Assembly: GCA_036840065.1 (NCBI GenBank)
Contig: DAITZZ010000008.1
Location: forward strand, 5,845-66,094
DNA from: a bacterium
GTDB taxonomy: Bacteria; Bacteroidota; Ignavibacteria; Kapaibacteriales; Kapaibacteriaceae
DNA: 60,250 nucleotides
Direction of reading: 5' to 3'
The notes beneath the pieces are model-generated. The model was given only the letters and a program-made list of their open reading frames with translations, was not told where the DNA came from and searched no databases. This document shows positions 19,301 through 27,276 of this stretch, piece after piece (the stretch's first letter is position 1; every line of letters begins with the position of its first letter). Made by a program: the position numbers and the translations under genes.

Positions 19301-21098
19301 CCTTTTCCTCGTTGGAAGCTGATCCGGACAGGACGAGAACCTTCGAAGGGTCGATGATCTTGCCGTCACTGTCGAGCTCCACGAAATACCCGTCAATATT
19401 CCCTGCTGCACCGGTGACGTTCACCGGGCCGAACTTCGAGTTACCCTCGAAGAAGCCGGTGGCAAACACCTTGAAGCCACTTGGCAAGACGGCAACCGAC
19501 GTTGCGGTTTCATCACCGAAGCCACCAAGCCCCGTTGCCCAAGCATACTGACGCACCGGGCTGACACTGACGCGAACCTTGTAGTTAACGCCGGCACGCG
19601 GAGCGATCCACTTGTAGACAAGCCCCGTGGCCTGCGGGTCGATCGACTTCCACGTCGCGCCACCATCGTCGGAGTACTCCAGGTTGACCGGCTGTGTTGG
19701 TAGGACGCCGGCCCACTTGATCAGAATGGTATCGCACGTAGAAAAGAGCTCTCCGCCGACAGGGGACTGAAGAAGCACCACGCCCGTGCCACCGACGAGG
19801 GTGAACTTTGGCGGACATGGTGAGCCGGTAAAGGCCAGCTCGGCCTGGCGGAAGACCTGTGAAGAGCCCTGCTTGAATTCCACGCGAAGAACGCGTTTCG
19901 CACCGGGCGCAAGATTGAAAGGGGCGAACGTGGGCTGATTGAACGGGAAGTTCCAGTCCACCACACGGAAGTATGTCGATGGGGAGATGCTCTGCCCGGT
20001 CGCGGCAAAGGTTGCTCCGCGTGCCGTCAACGTGACGTTCGCAAATGACACTTGATTGGCGGCAGGATCGCCGCAGAACAGCACCGGATCACTGATCTCA
20101 ACACCCGACACGCTGTTGGGAGGAGTCACGACCGTCACATTGGCCGTAGGGTTTACGCCGCGGAGCATGGTAATGCCGGCCACACGTGTGCGCCCCTGCT
20201 CGGTGCAGGTGTACGGAGAGACCCACGTGATGCGGCAAATCTTCCGCACCTGTGTTTCGAGAGCCAGGAACGACATGATATCGACGAGCTTCGTTTCATC
20301 CGTCACGATCGACTTTCCGCCGGTTCCCTTGGAGAGGGCTTCGAGAGTCCAGTGCGTGGCAGGCTCGAGGATCGTCACGCTGTAGAAGCGGATACCCTGG
20401 GCCAGTAGCTTCTGTGTGTTGTCCGAAACAAACTTCGATTCACTCTTTGTTACCGAGACGTCGGCGATCCCCGGGTTCGGATGCCCGTCGGTGAGGAAGA
20501 AGACGTACTTGGGCAGGTTAGCCGGGCGCTTCTTGAAGAGGTCGTAAATATTCTTTGATGGGTCTTCAAACGGCAGCACGTAGTTCGTGTTGGTAAGCAC
20601 CTTCATCTTGGTGAGTGAGTCGATGATCGGCTTGGCCGAACTGGCCCATTCGACGGTGGTCTCGACTGTGCCCGAGAACGTTACGAGCGAGACGCGCGTT
20701 TCACCGGTGAACTTCACCTGGTTGACGAAGGCCCGGATGGCATCCTTGGCATAGTCAAAGCGCTTACGGCCCTGAACATCGTCGTCCATGGACTTCGATC
20801 GATCGAGGATGATCACGATGCTCGCTTCCGGGTCGCTCTGCAGAACATCACAGTCGTGCGTCACAGAGGCCGTGAGGTCGATCGGTGCGCCGCCCTGGGC
20901 TGTTTCCGTCACCCGGAAATCGGCCTTGGCAAGGTCGGTGATCGGGTTGCCCGTCGCGTCCAGCGCAATGTAGTCCACTGTGATCTTCGGGAACGACAGC
21001 GTGTTGACGCCGTAGACATTCAGTGACTGAGCGAGCGTTGCGGCACTGGCGATGGCCAGTAAAGCCAGACTCAGAAAAGCTGTTCGAAGCTGTTTCAT
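16380..21098 (-). CDS. 1572-aa secreted surface protein: VWA domain, beta-propeller-like segment, tandem Ig-like/ASH repeats, T9SS type A-like CTD
   Basis: Signal peptide MKQLRTAFLSLALLAIASAATLA; MIDAS DRSKS..T..FFLTDG; repeated LxNxG...F.P.. Ig modules; C-terminal SNPV..GVYFVRM..FNVLR. Confidence 0.85.
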   Translation of the reverse strand: MKQLRTAFLSLALLAIASAATLAQSLNVYGVNTLSFPKITVDYIALDATGNPITDLAKADFRVTETAQGGAPIDLTASVTHDCDVLQSDPEASIVIILDRSKSMDDDVQGRKRFDYAKDAIRAFVNQVKFTGETRVSLVTFSGTVETTVEWASSAKPIIDSLTKMKVLTNTNYVLPFEDPSKNIYDLFKKRPANLPKYVFFLTDGHPNPGIADVSVTKSESKFVSDNTQKLLAQGIRFYSVTILEPATHWTLEALSKGTGGKSIVTDETKLVDIMSFLALETQVRKICRITWVSPYTCTEQGRTRVAGITMLRGVNPTANVTVVTPPNSVSGVEISDPVLFCGDPAANQVSFANVTLTARGATFAATGQSISPSTYFRVVDWNFPFNQPTFAPFNLAPGAKRVLRVEFKQGSSQVFRQAELAFTGSPCPPKFTLVGGTGVVLLQSPVGGELFSTCDTILIKWAGVLPTQPVNLEYSDDGGATWKSIDPQATGLVYKWIAPRAGVNYKVRVSVSPVRQYAWATGLGGFGDETATSVAVLPSGFKVFATGFFEGNSKFGPVNVTGAAGNIDGYFVELDSDGKIIDPSKVLVLSGSASNEEKVIGCVVDNRGNYYVAGYYSSPSATFGPYSFSRGPLDQRNFFLFKFDSTGKLDWQAGSKGTATRISYAMLTDIGLQYDPAGNVTVIVAGKFQRYAEVGISRTGATVSSPAFPNAADRDFYVTYDSQGYPLAFTTGTKPTTGAYQQTSATDRLNFAYKTDIFRGPITFTPPGITLPNNSGPGSDDVYVNKEGSAPASSDVSDNIFSVKAPQLEFRPNKVTFQTIQQGQSTTATALLTNIGNFDVAVKSVTVAGANSADFQLSGNIIGQVVPAGKSINIELIFTPKGIGSRTALIEIAGTCGSPVQLSLDGLATAPCDVESIARENLGKVPLGQPRQQKVTCMIKNSGKVAISGNLRVTVPNADIVVRNTGPFTLAPNGGCLDVDFDILAASPGVKSTTINFGLPPEICGEQISTIEVEIIEPRVIIDSIDLGRLRVLTPGTGAISISNLNSEAAEISSITLSDPSNPNFVFTLPAPTRLAASEVLKIPVTYTPQTRGAHSAEVVVVIKGKESQPLTGRVTGSGFLPAIKATGYTFSPWTVSTLSPETGKIVIQNTDPTSDLVIGTIAFDSPTAAFALTGTLPTLPITLKPNSAPLEIPVSFTPQVVGNNRVNVRISHDAKTGPGPVPPYADTLVVVEGLGRDASTLDPVTFPKTLTCATRTATFTITNNSTQFDLTCQAPIGSGDVGSFTLDQTTGFVLKPGQSKVITVTFQPSVIGRTAATFTIPNDQSLKLTVSIDGEGVTTPVQFSFGTIAEGRVGQAVAVPINVSYDAAEFTGARPQSFAIAITHDAASIRFRSLGAQQMNGWTFTPTAAIGRVDIDAQAGGSTLQQGVFVTPTFDVFLNADSALPLQMSVTTPINCLVPVGDRSSVTMAEVCNTTGRLVKFGSNRGGIQPPRSNPVRDVLTIPYTTGLTLSTSFQIVNSMGDLVLEVHSPVVPSGQYELSVNVTDLANGVYFVRMLSGPFSATTTFNVLR

Positions 21099-21206
21099 GG
21101 TTGCTCCCACTCCGGACTGTTGTTGGTTCATGGAGATTCTCATAATTCTAAAGACTCGAACTGAAGTTTCGGTTACAGGTGAACACATCCTCAAACGTTC
21201 CTCCGC

Positions 21207-22241
21207 TCAAACCACCGCCTGCTCAAGAACGCGGAACGTTCTGGCCGTGGCGTCAAGCTCGGCGTTGACCCCAAGAGGCAACGTGAGCTTACTCTTGACG
21301 TGGCCGAAGGGCAGTCCGTAGACCACTGGAACGCCGAGCGACGCCAGTCGCTGCTCGAAGACCTGCTGGAGGCTTAACGATGGTCCGGAGATGGACGTTC
21401 CGCGAGCTTCACAGTCGCGGAAGTTGCCCAGCGCCACAGCCTTTGCAGATTGAAGCTTTCCGGCAAGCCAGAGCTGGGTCAGCATGCGGTCAACCCTGAA
21501 CGGCTCTTCGTTGACTTCTTCAAGAAACAGAATGGAGTCTGTCGTGTCAATCTCAAACTTTGTGCCAAGAGTGCTGACCACCAGTGCCAGGTTCCCGCCA
21601 GTTAGACGCCCCTGGGCTCTGCCCTCACTGATGACCGTCAGTCGCGAGTTCGTGAAGGTGGTCAGCGGCGGAGCATTCTCCGGCAGGATCACACCCTGGA
21701 GGGACTGCACGGTGAAGCTGTCGAATGTCGATGAGGCAACAGGGCCGTGGAAGGTGACAACGCCGCTGAGCTGATGCGCCGCGATGAGCAGGGCCGTGAT
21801 GTCCGAAAACCCCATGATGATCTTGCCGGCCTGACGGATCGCTTCGAAGTCCAGCATCGGTAGAATGCGCATTACTCCATAACCGCCACGGGCGCAGATC
21901 ACGGCATCGACCTCCGGATCTTCGATGAACTCCATGAACTCCGATGCTCGGTCCTGGTCGGGTGCCGACAGATACCCATTGCGGCGCGAGACATTCTTGC
22001 CCAGCTTTACACGCACGCCCCATTCACGGCACAGCGCCACAAAGTCGGCGATATCACCGGTTGATGCAGCGCTCGCAGGGCACACGATACCGACCGTCGA
22101 GCCGGGGCGCAGTCCTTTGGGTAGAACGCGCGTAAGGGGCTCACGGGTGCCGCTCTCAACCGACGCCAAAGCCCGAGCGCTGGCGGCACCTGCCGCCACA
22201 GCTGCTGTGGCCATGGTTGTAACGAAGGAACGTCGTTTCAT
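21207..22241 (-). CDS. LD-carboxypeptidase (peptidase S66) with Tat signal peptide
   Basis: MKRRSFVTTMATAAVAAG twin-Arg leader; ARGGYG, GFSDIT (Ser), FLEEVNE (Glu), PFGH (His). Confidence 0.9.
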   Translation of the reverse strand: MKRRSFVTTMATAAVAAGAASARALASVESGTREPLTRVLPKGLRPGSTVGIVCPASAASTGDIADFVALCREWGVRVKLGKNVSRRNGYLSAPDQDRASEFMEFIEDPEVDAVICARGGYGVMRILPMLDFEAIRQAGKIIMGFSDITALLIAAHQLSGVVTFHGPVASSTFDSFTVQSLQGVILPENAPPLTTFTNSRLTVISEGRAQGRLTGGNLALVVSTLGTKFEIDTTDSILFLEEVNEEPFRVDRMLTQLWLAGKLQSAKAVALGNFRDCEARGTSISGPSLSLQQVFEQRLASLGVPVVYGLPFGHVKSKLTLPLGVNAELDATARTFRVLEQAVV

Positions 22242-22283
22242 GCCGTGTTCTTTGTTTCGAAAAGGACACACTCCTGCAACCGA

Positions 22284-22291
22284 CAAATCTA
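22284..22291 (-). promoter_or_regulatory. -7 element TAGATTTG for the LD-carboxypeptidase gene
   Basis: Minus strand reads ttcgTAGATTTG, ending 42 nt before ATG 22241. Confidence 0.65.
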
Positions 22292-22379
22292 CGAATCTTT
22301 CGCCCCCTCGGTGATAGGTTTAGGAACGACGAAAATCGTGTGCGCGGCCCCCTCATCCGGCCATGATCGGGCATCTGCG

Positions 22380-22387
22380 TATATTCG
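22380..22387 (+). promoter_or_regulatory. -7-type element TATATTCG for tRNA-Ser
   Basis: TAnnTTCG variant ending 7 nt before the tRNA 5' end. Confidence 0.55.
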
Positions 22388-22394
22388 CCCTCTC

Positions 22395-22481
22395 GGAAAG
22401 GTGCAAGAGTGGTTGAATTGGCACGCCTGGAAAGCGTGTGTGCCGGCAACGGTACCGCGGGTTCGAATCCCGCCCTTTCCG
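22395..22481 (+). tRNA. tRNA-Ser, anticodon GGA; CCA not encoded
   Basis: Acceptor GGAAAGG/CCTTTCC with discriminator G; D-loop GAGTGGTTGAA; anticodon arm CACGC-ctGGAaa-GCGTG; long variable arm; T-loop GTTCGAATC. Confidence 0.96.
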
Positions 22482-22549
22482 CTAACCCATCGGGTTGGCA
22501 CGGACTTCCGTGCCGAACGGCCCAGGTTTTTGGTGTCCAAGAGTAACGC

Positions 22550-23008
22550 ATGAAGCTATTCGGACGGTCCCTCCCGACGGGTGCGGCAATGGTCGCAGGG
22601 TGGAGCGTCATCGGCCTTGCCGGTCTGGCAACCCTGGTTCTTCTTGGATCCTTTATCTGGCGCATTCTGCACCCGCCGATCTCACCATTGGCCGACGAAT
22701 CAGACCCACGCAGCGCCATCCAGCTTGAGGTCGTGAATGCCTCAGGGCGCAAAGGGGCTGGCAAGGCGGCACTTGACTTCTTCCGCCGCCGCGGTTTCGA
22801 CGTTGTCGAGATCACGACATCCGCCGAACGACCCCGCAGGACGTCGGTTGTCGACCGGGTCGGTGACCGGCAATCGGCACTGAAGGTTGCCCGCGTCATG
22901 GGCGTTGCCGACACGATGGTCGTGGCCGAGATCGATTCGATGCGTTTTCTCAAGGCCTCGGTCGTACTCGGCGCAGATCTCGACAACCTTGAACCCTTCC
23001 GCGACTAA
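22550..23008 (+). CDS. LytR C-terminal domain protein with N-terminal TM
   Basis: [23 protein letters not shown]...SVVLGAD, LytR_C pattern. Confidence 0.82.
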   Translation: MKLFGRSLPTGAAMVAGWSVIGLAGLATLVLLGSFIWRILHPPISPLADESDPRSAIQLEVVNASGRKGAGKAALDFFRRRGFDVVEITTSAERPRRTSVVDRVGDRQSALKVARVMGVADTMVVAEIDSMRFLKASVVLGADLDNLEPFRD

Positions 23009-23054
23009 CCTCACACCTCAAACCTCACACCTCAAACCTCAAACCCCAAACCCA
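23007..23054. repeat. Heptamer tandem repeat (A/C)ACC(T/C)CA, about 7 copies, starting at the LytR_C stop codon
   Basis: aacctca cacctca aacctca cacctca aacctca aacccca aaccca. Confidence 0.88.
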
Positions 23055-23056
23055 TC

Positions 23057-23464
23057 TTGAAACCCCGCAGCACTAAAGGAAGAGCCGTTCTCTGCGCGCG
23101 TATGGCGCAGGAGAAGCTTGCTCACGATATTCTGATTCTCGACCTGACGGAGATCGAGACGCCCCCTGCCGATTTCTTCGTGATCGTAACGGTGGACTCG
23201 GAGGCCCAGATCAAGGCCGTCACGGATTCGATCGAGCATACCCTCAAATCCATGGGGTTCGGTTATCCAAATCACGAAGGAAAGGGAACATCCACGTGGG
23301 TGATCCTGGATTACTTCGATGTGGTCGTGCATGTTATGCTGGCCTCGGCGCGCGAGTTCTACAAACTTGAACGTCTCTGGGGAGATGCCAAGGCCTACAC
23401 TCTCAGTCCGTCGGGTACTCCCCGCGCCACAAAGCTCACTCCGAGGAGGGCCTCAGCCGTATGA
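23057..23464 (+). CDS. rsfS: Ribosome silencing factor RsfS (Iojap)
   Basis: EKLAHDILILD, ADFFVIVT, WVILDYFDVVVHVM..REFYKLERLWGDA; TTG start is uncertain. Confidence 0.94.
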   Translation: MKPRSTKGRAVLCARMAQEKLAHDILILDLTEIETPPADFFVIVTVDSEAQIKAVTDSIEHTLKSMGFGYPNHEGKGTSTWVILDYFDVVVHVMLASAREFYKLERLWGDAKAYTLSPSGTPRATKLTPRRASAV

Positions 23465-25104
23465 TGCAGAAGTACATCGAGGCCGAACTTCAGGCAGCGT
23501 GTGTGGCCGCTGGTCTGCAGATCGACGGGCCGATACCGTTTGGCGTACCGAAGCAGCAGGGTCATGGCCACTTGTCGACCAACATTGCCATGATGCATGC
23601 GAAGCAGATCGGCAAGCAACCCCGCGCACTTGCCCAGGAGATCGTCGACGGGGTAGCCCCCTCACCACTGATCGCCAAGCTGGAGGTGGCCGGTCCGGGG
23701 TTTATCAACGTGACGTTCAGCGACGCGGTGTATCATGCCATGCTGAGAGATCTCAACCTGCTGGGTGATGAGATCGGCCGCTCGGACTGCGGCGCAGGCC
23801 GAACTGCGAATATTGAGTACGTCAGTGCCAATCCTACAGGCCCTCTGCATGCTGGCCACGGACGCAATTGCTCTGTCGGCGATACGATCGCCAATCTGCT
23901 CGCGTGGAATGGTTATGGTGTCACCCGCGAGTACTACTTCAACAACGCGGGCAATCAGATGAACATGCTTGGAAAGAGCATCTACGTTCGTCTGCAGCAC
24001 GCGCTCGGAAATTCAGACATCGAGTTTCCCGAAGACGGTTACCATGGCGAATACATCCAGGAGATTGCAACGGCCCTGGCCTCCGAGCACGGTGAGGACC
24101 TGCGGGCCATGTCCGCTGACGATGCGATGGCCTTCTGCCGGAAGGCCGGAGAAGCATGGTGTTTCGAATCGATCAAGCGAACATTGAACGCGCTCAATAT
24201 CCACCATGATGTGTACTTCAACGAGGATTCGCTGTATGGTTCCGGGAAGGTCGCAGCTACAGTGGAAGAACTTCGTCAGCGTGGCCTCGTGTACGAAAAA
24301 GATGGTGCAACGTGGTTTGCACTGACGCAAGTCGGCAATCCACAGGATAAGGTCATTATCAAGTCTACCGGGGAACCCACCTACCGCCTGCCGGACATTG
24401 CCTATCACCGCGATAAGCTGGAACGGGGCTTTGACACGGTGGTGGACATCTTCGGAGCTGATCATATTGCCACCGTGCCGGATGTACTTGCCGGTGTCAA
24501 GGCACTCGGTTTTGATACCGATCGCGTGCGCGTGGTGATCCACCAAATGGTGACGTTTGTTGAGGACGGCCAGGTTGTAAAGTTCTCAAAGCGCAGTGGT
24601 AAGTCCTTTACACTTGATGACCTTATCGAAGAGGTCGGGGCAGATGTTGTCCGCTTCTTCTTCATTATGCGGGCCGTTGGCACACACCTGGAGTTTGATC
24701 TGGGGCTGGCCAAAGAGGAGGGCGACCGCAATCCGGTGTTCTACCTGCAGTATGCGCATGCTCGTATCTGCTCGATCCTTCGCAAGGCCCACGAACGTGG
24801 TGTGACTCTCGACACCGAGGCAGATCTATCGGTCCTGATCGACGCCCGCGAGATTGAACTGATCTCCATGCTGTCGCGCTTCCGGTCGACCGTTGAGCGT
24901 GCCGCCGAAAACCTCGAGCCGCACGTGATCGCCGAGTTCCTTCGAGACCTTGCCGGGGCATACCACAACTTCTACCACGACTGCCGGATTCTGGGTGCCG
25001 AGCCGGCACTGGAGTCGGCCCGTCTTCTGCTGGCGGACGTTACGCGGCGGGCGATGCGAAACGGGTTGCTCATTCTCGGCGTCGGCACACCCGACAGGAT
25101 GTGA
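23461..25104 (+). CDS. argS: Arginine--tRNA ligase
   Basis: IEYVSANPTGPLHAGHGR (HIGH), KFSKRSG, FYLQYAHARICSI. Confidence 0.97.
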   Translation: MMQKYIEAELQAACVAAGLQIDGPIPFGVPKQQGHGHLSTNIAMMHAKQIGKQPRALAQEIVDGVAPSPLIAKLEVAGPGFINVTFSDAVYHAMLRDLNLLGDEIGRSDCGAGRTANIEYVSANPTGPLHAGHGRNCSVGDTIANLLAWNGYGVTREYYFNNAGNQMNMLGKSIYVRLQHALGNSDIEFPEDGYHGEYIQEIATALASEHGEDLRAMSADDAMAFCRKAGEAWCFESIKRTLNALNIHHDVYFNEDSLYGSGKVAATVEELRQRGLVYEKDGATWFALTQVGNPQDKVIIKSTGEPTYRLPDIAYHRDKLERGFDTVVDIFGADHIATVPDVLAGVKALGFDTDRVRVVIHQMVTFVEDGQVVKFSKRSGKSFTLDDLIEEVGADVVRFFFIMRAVGTHLEFDLGLAKEEGDRNPVFYLQYAHARICSILRKAHERGVTLDTEADLSVLIDAREIELISMLSRFRSTVERAAENLEPHVIAEFLRDLAGAYHNFYHDCRILGAEPALESARLLLADVTRRAMRNGLLILGVGTPDRM

Positions 25105-25111
25105 TCCGTTG

Positions 25112-25999
25112 ATGGTCAGCCGCGAGTACTACTACGAACTTGATGCGCGCGGCGTCCTGACGCTTGATGGGGTAGTGCAGGACAACCCATGGTTTGTTGA
25201 CTTTTTCTTCCGACGCCTTGCTCCGACGGCCAATCCCGATTATCCCGAGTATCCGTACGTGAGCCGGTGTGGAGAGGAGATGAATTACCTGCGTGTGAGC
25301 GATACACCGATCGTTTATACCGGCTACCGAGACGGTCGCCTTGAGTACGCGCACTCGCTGTCGGTGGCCTTCGCGCCTGAACGGCTCTCCTACTCGGCCG
25401 ATGGTGTTCTTTATCACTGGGCACCGGTGGGCGAGCGCGGCCGGCTCGTTCCGCATGTAGCGGTTGAGATCGCCAGGAACATAGAGCCATGGGGGCCTTA
25501 CCATGCGTACCGCCAGAGCGGCTCTTCGATCGTGGTTCCGCTGACGCCGCTCTCTCATGGCGACGACCTTCAGATCCTGCGGCCTAAGCCTGAGAATCAC
25601 TGCATTGGTTGCGGCCAGGCCAATCCCAGCTCGCTGCGGCTGAGCTTTGTGCGCAGCCGGCATGACAAGGTCGTGCGCACGTGGATCCGTCCTGACGAAA
25701 AGCTGCAGGGGGCTCTTGGGATCACCCACGGAGGTATCATCTCGCTGCTCCTCGACGAGACAATGGGCAAGACGCTCAGTGCCGTCGGGATACGCGCGCC
25801 GACAGCCAGCCTGAAGGTAGACTTCCGACGTCCGATGATGATCGGACGGGAGTACGAGGTGCGCGCGTGGATACATGCGCAACAAGGACGCAAGCAGTTC
25901 GTCAATGCCGCAGTTGTTTCGGCGGAAGATCAAACCGTGATCGCTCAGGCCGAGGCTCTGTTCCTCCAATTGCGGTCACCGACCCACGACGTCCAGTAG
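25112..25999 (+). CDS. Fusion of a DUF4505 (C8orf82-like) N-terminal domain and a PaaI-type hotdog acyl-CoA thioesterase
   Basis: N-half REYYYELDARGVLTLDG..FFFRRL..YPYVSRCGEEMNYLRVSDTPIVYT..GVLYHWAP; C-half CIGCGQANP, HGGIISLLLDETMG, TASLKVDFRRP. Start ATG 25112 lies 7 nt after the argS stop. Confidence 0.8.
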   Translation: MVSREYYYELDARGVLTLDGVVQDNPWFVDFFFRRLAPTANPDYPEYPYVSRCGEEMNYLRVSDTPIVYTGYRDGRLEYAHSLSVAFAPERLSYSADGVLYHWAPVGERGRLVPHVAVEIARNIEPWGPYHAYRQSGSSIVVPLTPLSHGDDLQILRPKPENHCIGCGQANPSSLRLSFVRSRHDKVVRTWIRPDEKLQGALGITHGGIISLLLDETMGKTLSAVGIRAPTASLKVDFRRPMMIGREYEVRAWIHAQQGRKQFVNAAVVSAEDQTVIAQAEALFLQLRSPTHDVQ

Positions 26000-26001
26000 G
26001 G

Positions 26002-27276
26002 ATGAATCAACAACCGAACTTGCTGCTCTTCGGTGCCGTTCTCGGCACCACGCTTCTTCTCATTGACCTCTACGTGCTCGGGCATTGGACGGCGTTTGCC
26101 CGCCGACGTCACCTGAACCGCTGGTGGTACCGCGTGCCGTGGGCCATTGGCGCGGTGATGTTCATTACACTCGTAACGATGCTGCTTCGACGTCACTTCT
26201 TCCGAATGGACGGCTTTGATGTCTCGCTGCTGGGCTTCGTCTCGCTCTGGTACCTTCCGAAGTTCGGGATCGCGGCGGTTCTTCTGCTGCGTGATGCCGC
26301 ACGCGGCGTTGGAGCGATGTGGACGCGGCTGCGCCGCACGACTCCCGCCGGTCCGACGATGGTGAGTGACTCACCACCGGTCGAGCCTGCGGCATCAGTC
26401 GAACCCTCCCGACGGGCATTTCTGGGCACCGCCGCATGGTCAATCTCTGCCGTTCCTTTCGTCATGGTTGGAAGGGGCATGTGGAGTACACTCTACGACT
26501 TTCAGACGCGCCGCGTCGAGCTCACCCTCGATAGGCTGCCGCGAGCTCTTGATGGTCTGCGGATCGCACAGATATCCGACGTGCACGCAGGTTCGTTTCC
26601 AGATCATCGACCATTTGAAGAGGTGCGACGCATTATTGACGCTGAGCAGGCCGACCTGGTGGTCATCACCGGTGACTTCGTCAATCAGCGTCCGGGTGAA
26701 CTGTCCATGATCTCTCGGGAACTCGAGAAACTCCGCGCCCCCTACGGTGTGATGGCGTGTCTGGGCAATCATGATCACTACAACACGCCCGAAGAGCACC
26801 GCCAGTTGAAGAGCGCGCTTCGGTCCATGGGCGTCGATCTGCTGGTGAATACCAATCGTCGCATCGGCGTGGAAGGAAGTTCGATTCTGATCGCCGGCAC
26901 TGACAATACCGGTTTTCGTCAGTCATTTGCACGAATCGACCGAGCACTGGAAGGGGTTGGCCACCAGGAGCCGGTTGTGCTGCTGGCGCACGACCCGACA
27001 TTCTGGGATCGCGAGATCGTCGGACGTCACGAGGTCGACCTCATGCTTGCCGGACACACGCACGGCGGTCAGTTTGGCGTGCAGCTGCTGGGGTTCGAAT
27101 GGAGTCCTGCGCAACATGTCTACAAGCAGTGGGCTGGTCTCTACACCAAAGGCCAGCAGCGCCTGTATGTCAACCGCGGGATCGGTACCGTGGGGCCTCC
27201 GATGCGCATCGGTATTCCACCGGAGATCACCGTGTTTACGTTGCGCTCGGCCCCCTTCGACAAGGGGCTTGCCTAA
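26002..27276 (+). CDS. Membrane-anchored metallophosphoesterase (YkuE-like) with internal twin-Arg motif
   Basis: Three TMs, then SRRAFLG; DVH, ITGDFVN, LGNHDH, LLAHDP, LAGHTHGGQ motifs. Confidence 0.9.
   Translation: MNQQPNLLLFGAVLGTTLLLIDLYVLGHWTAFARRRHLNRWWYRVPWAIGAVMFITLVTMLLRRHFFRMDGFDVSLLGFVSLWYLPKFGIAAVLLLRDAARGVGAMWTRLRRTTPAGPTMVSDSPPVEPAASVEPSRRAFLGTAAWSISAVPFVMVGRGMWSTLYDFQTRRVELTLDRLPRALDGLRIAQISDVHAGSFPDHRPFEEVRRIIDAEQADLVVITGDFVNQRPGELSMISRELEKLRAPYGVMACLGNHDHYNTPEEHRQLKSALRSMGVDLLVNTNRRIGVEGSSILIAGTDNTGFRQSFARIDRALEGVGHQEPVVLLAHDPTFWDREIVGRHEVDLMLAGHTHGGQFGVQLLGFEWSPAQHVYKQWAGLYTKGQQRLYVNRGIGTVGPPMRIGIPPEITVFTLRSAPFDKGLA

Noticed and set aside
16380-21098. Giant proteins as polymorphic toxins or RHS/CDI systems
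   Set aside because: No RHS/YD or hemagglutinin repeats, no toxin tip and no adjacent immunity ORF; the C-termini are T9SS sorting domains
22395-23057. tRNA-Ser as a possible genomic-island integration site
   Set aside because: No integrase, no duplicated tRNA 3' end and no compositional shift; it is followed by housekeeping genes (LytR_C, rsfS, argS)
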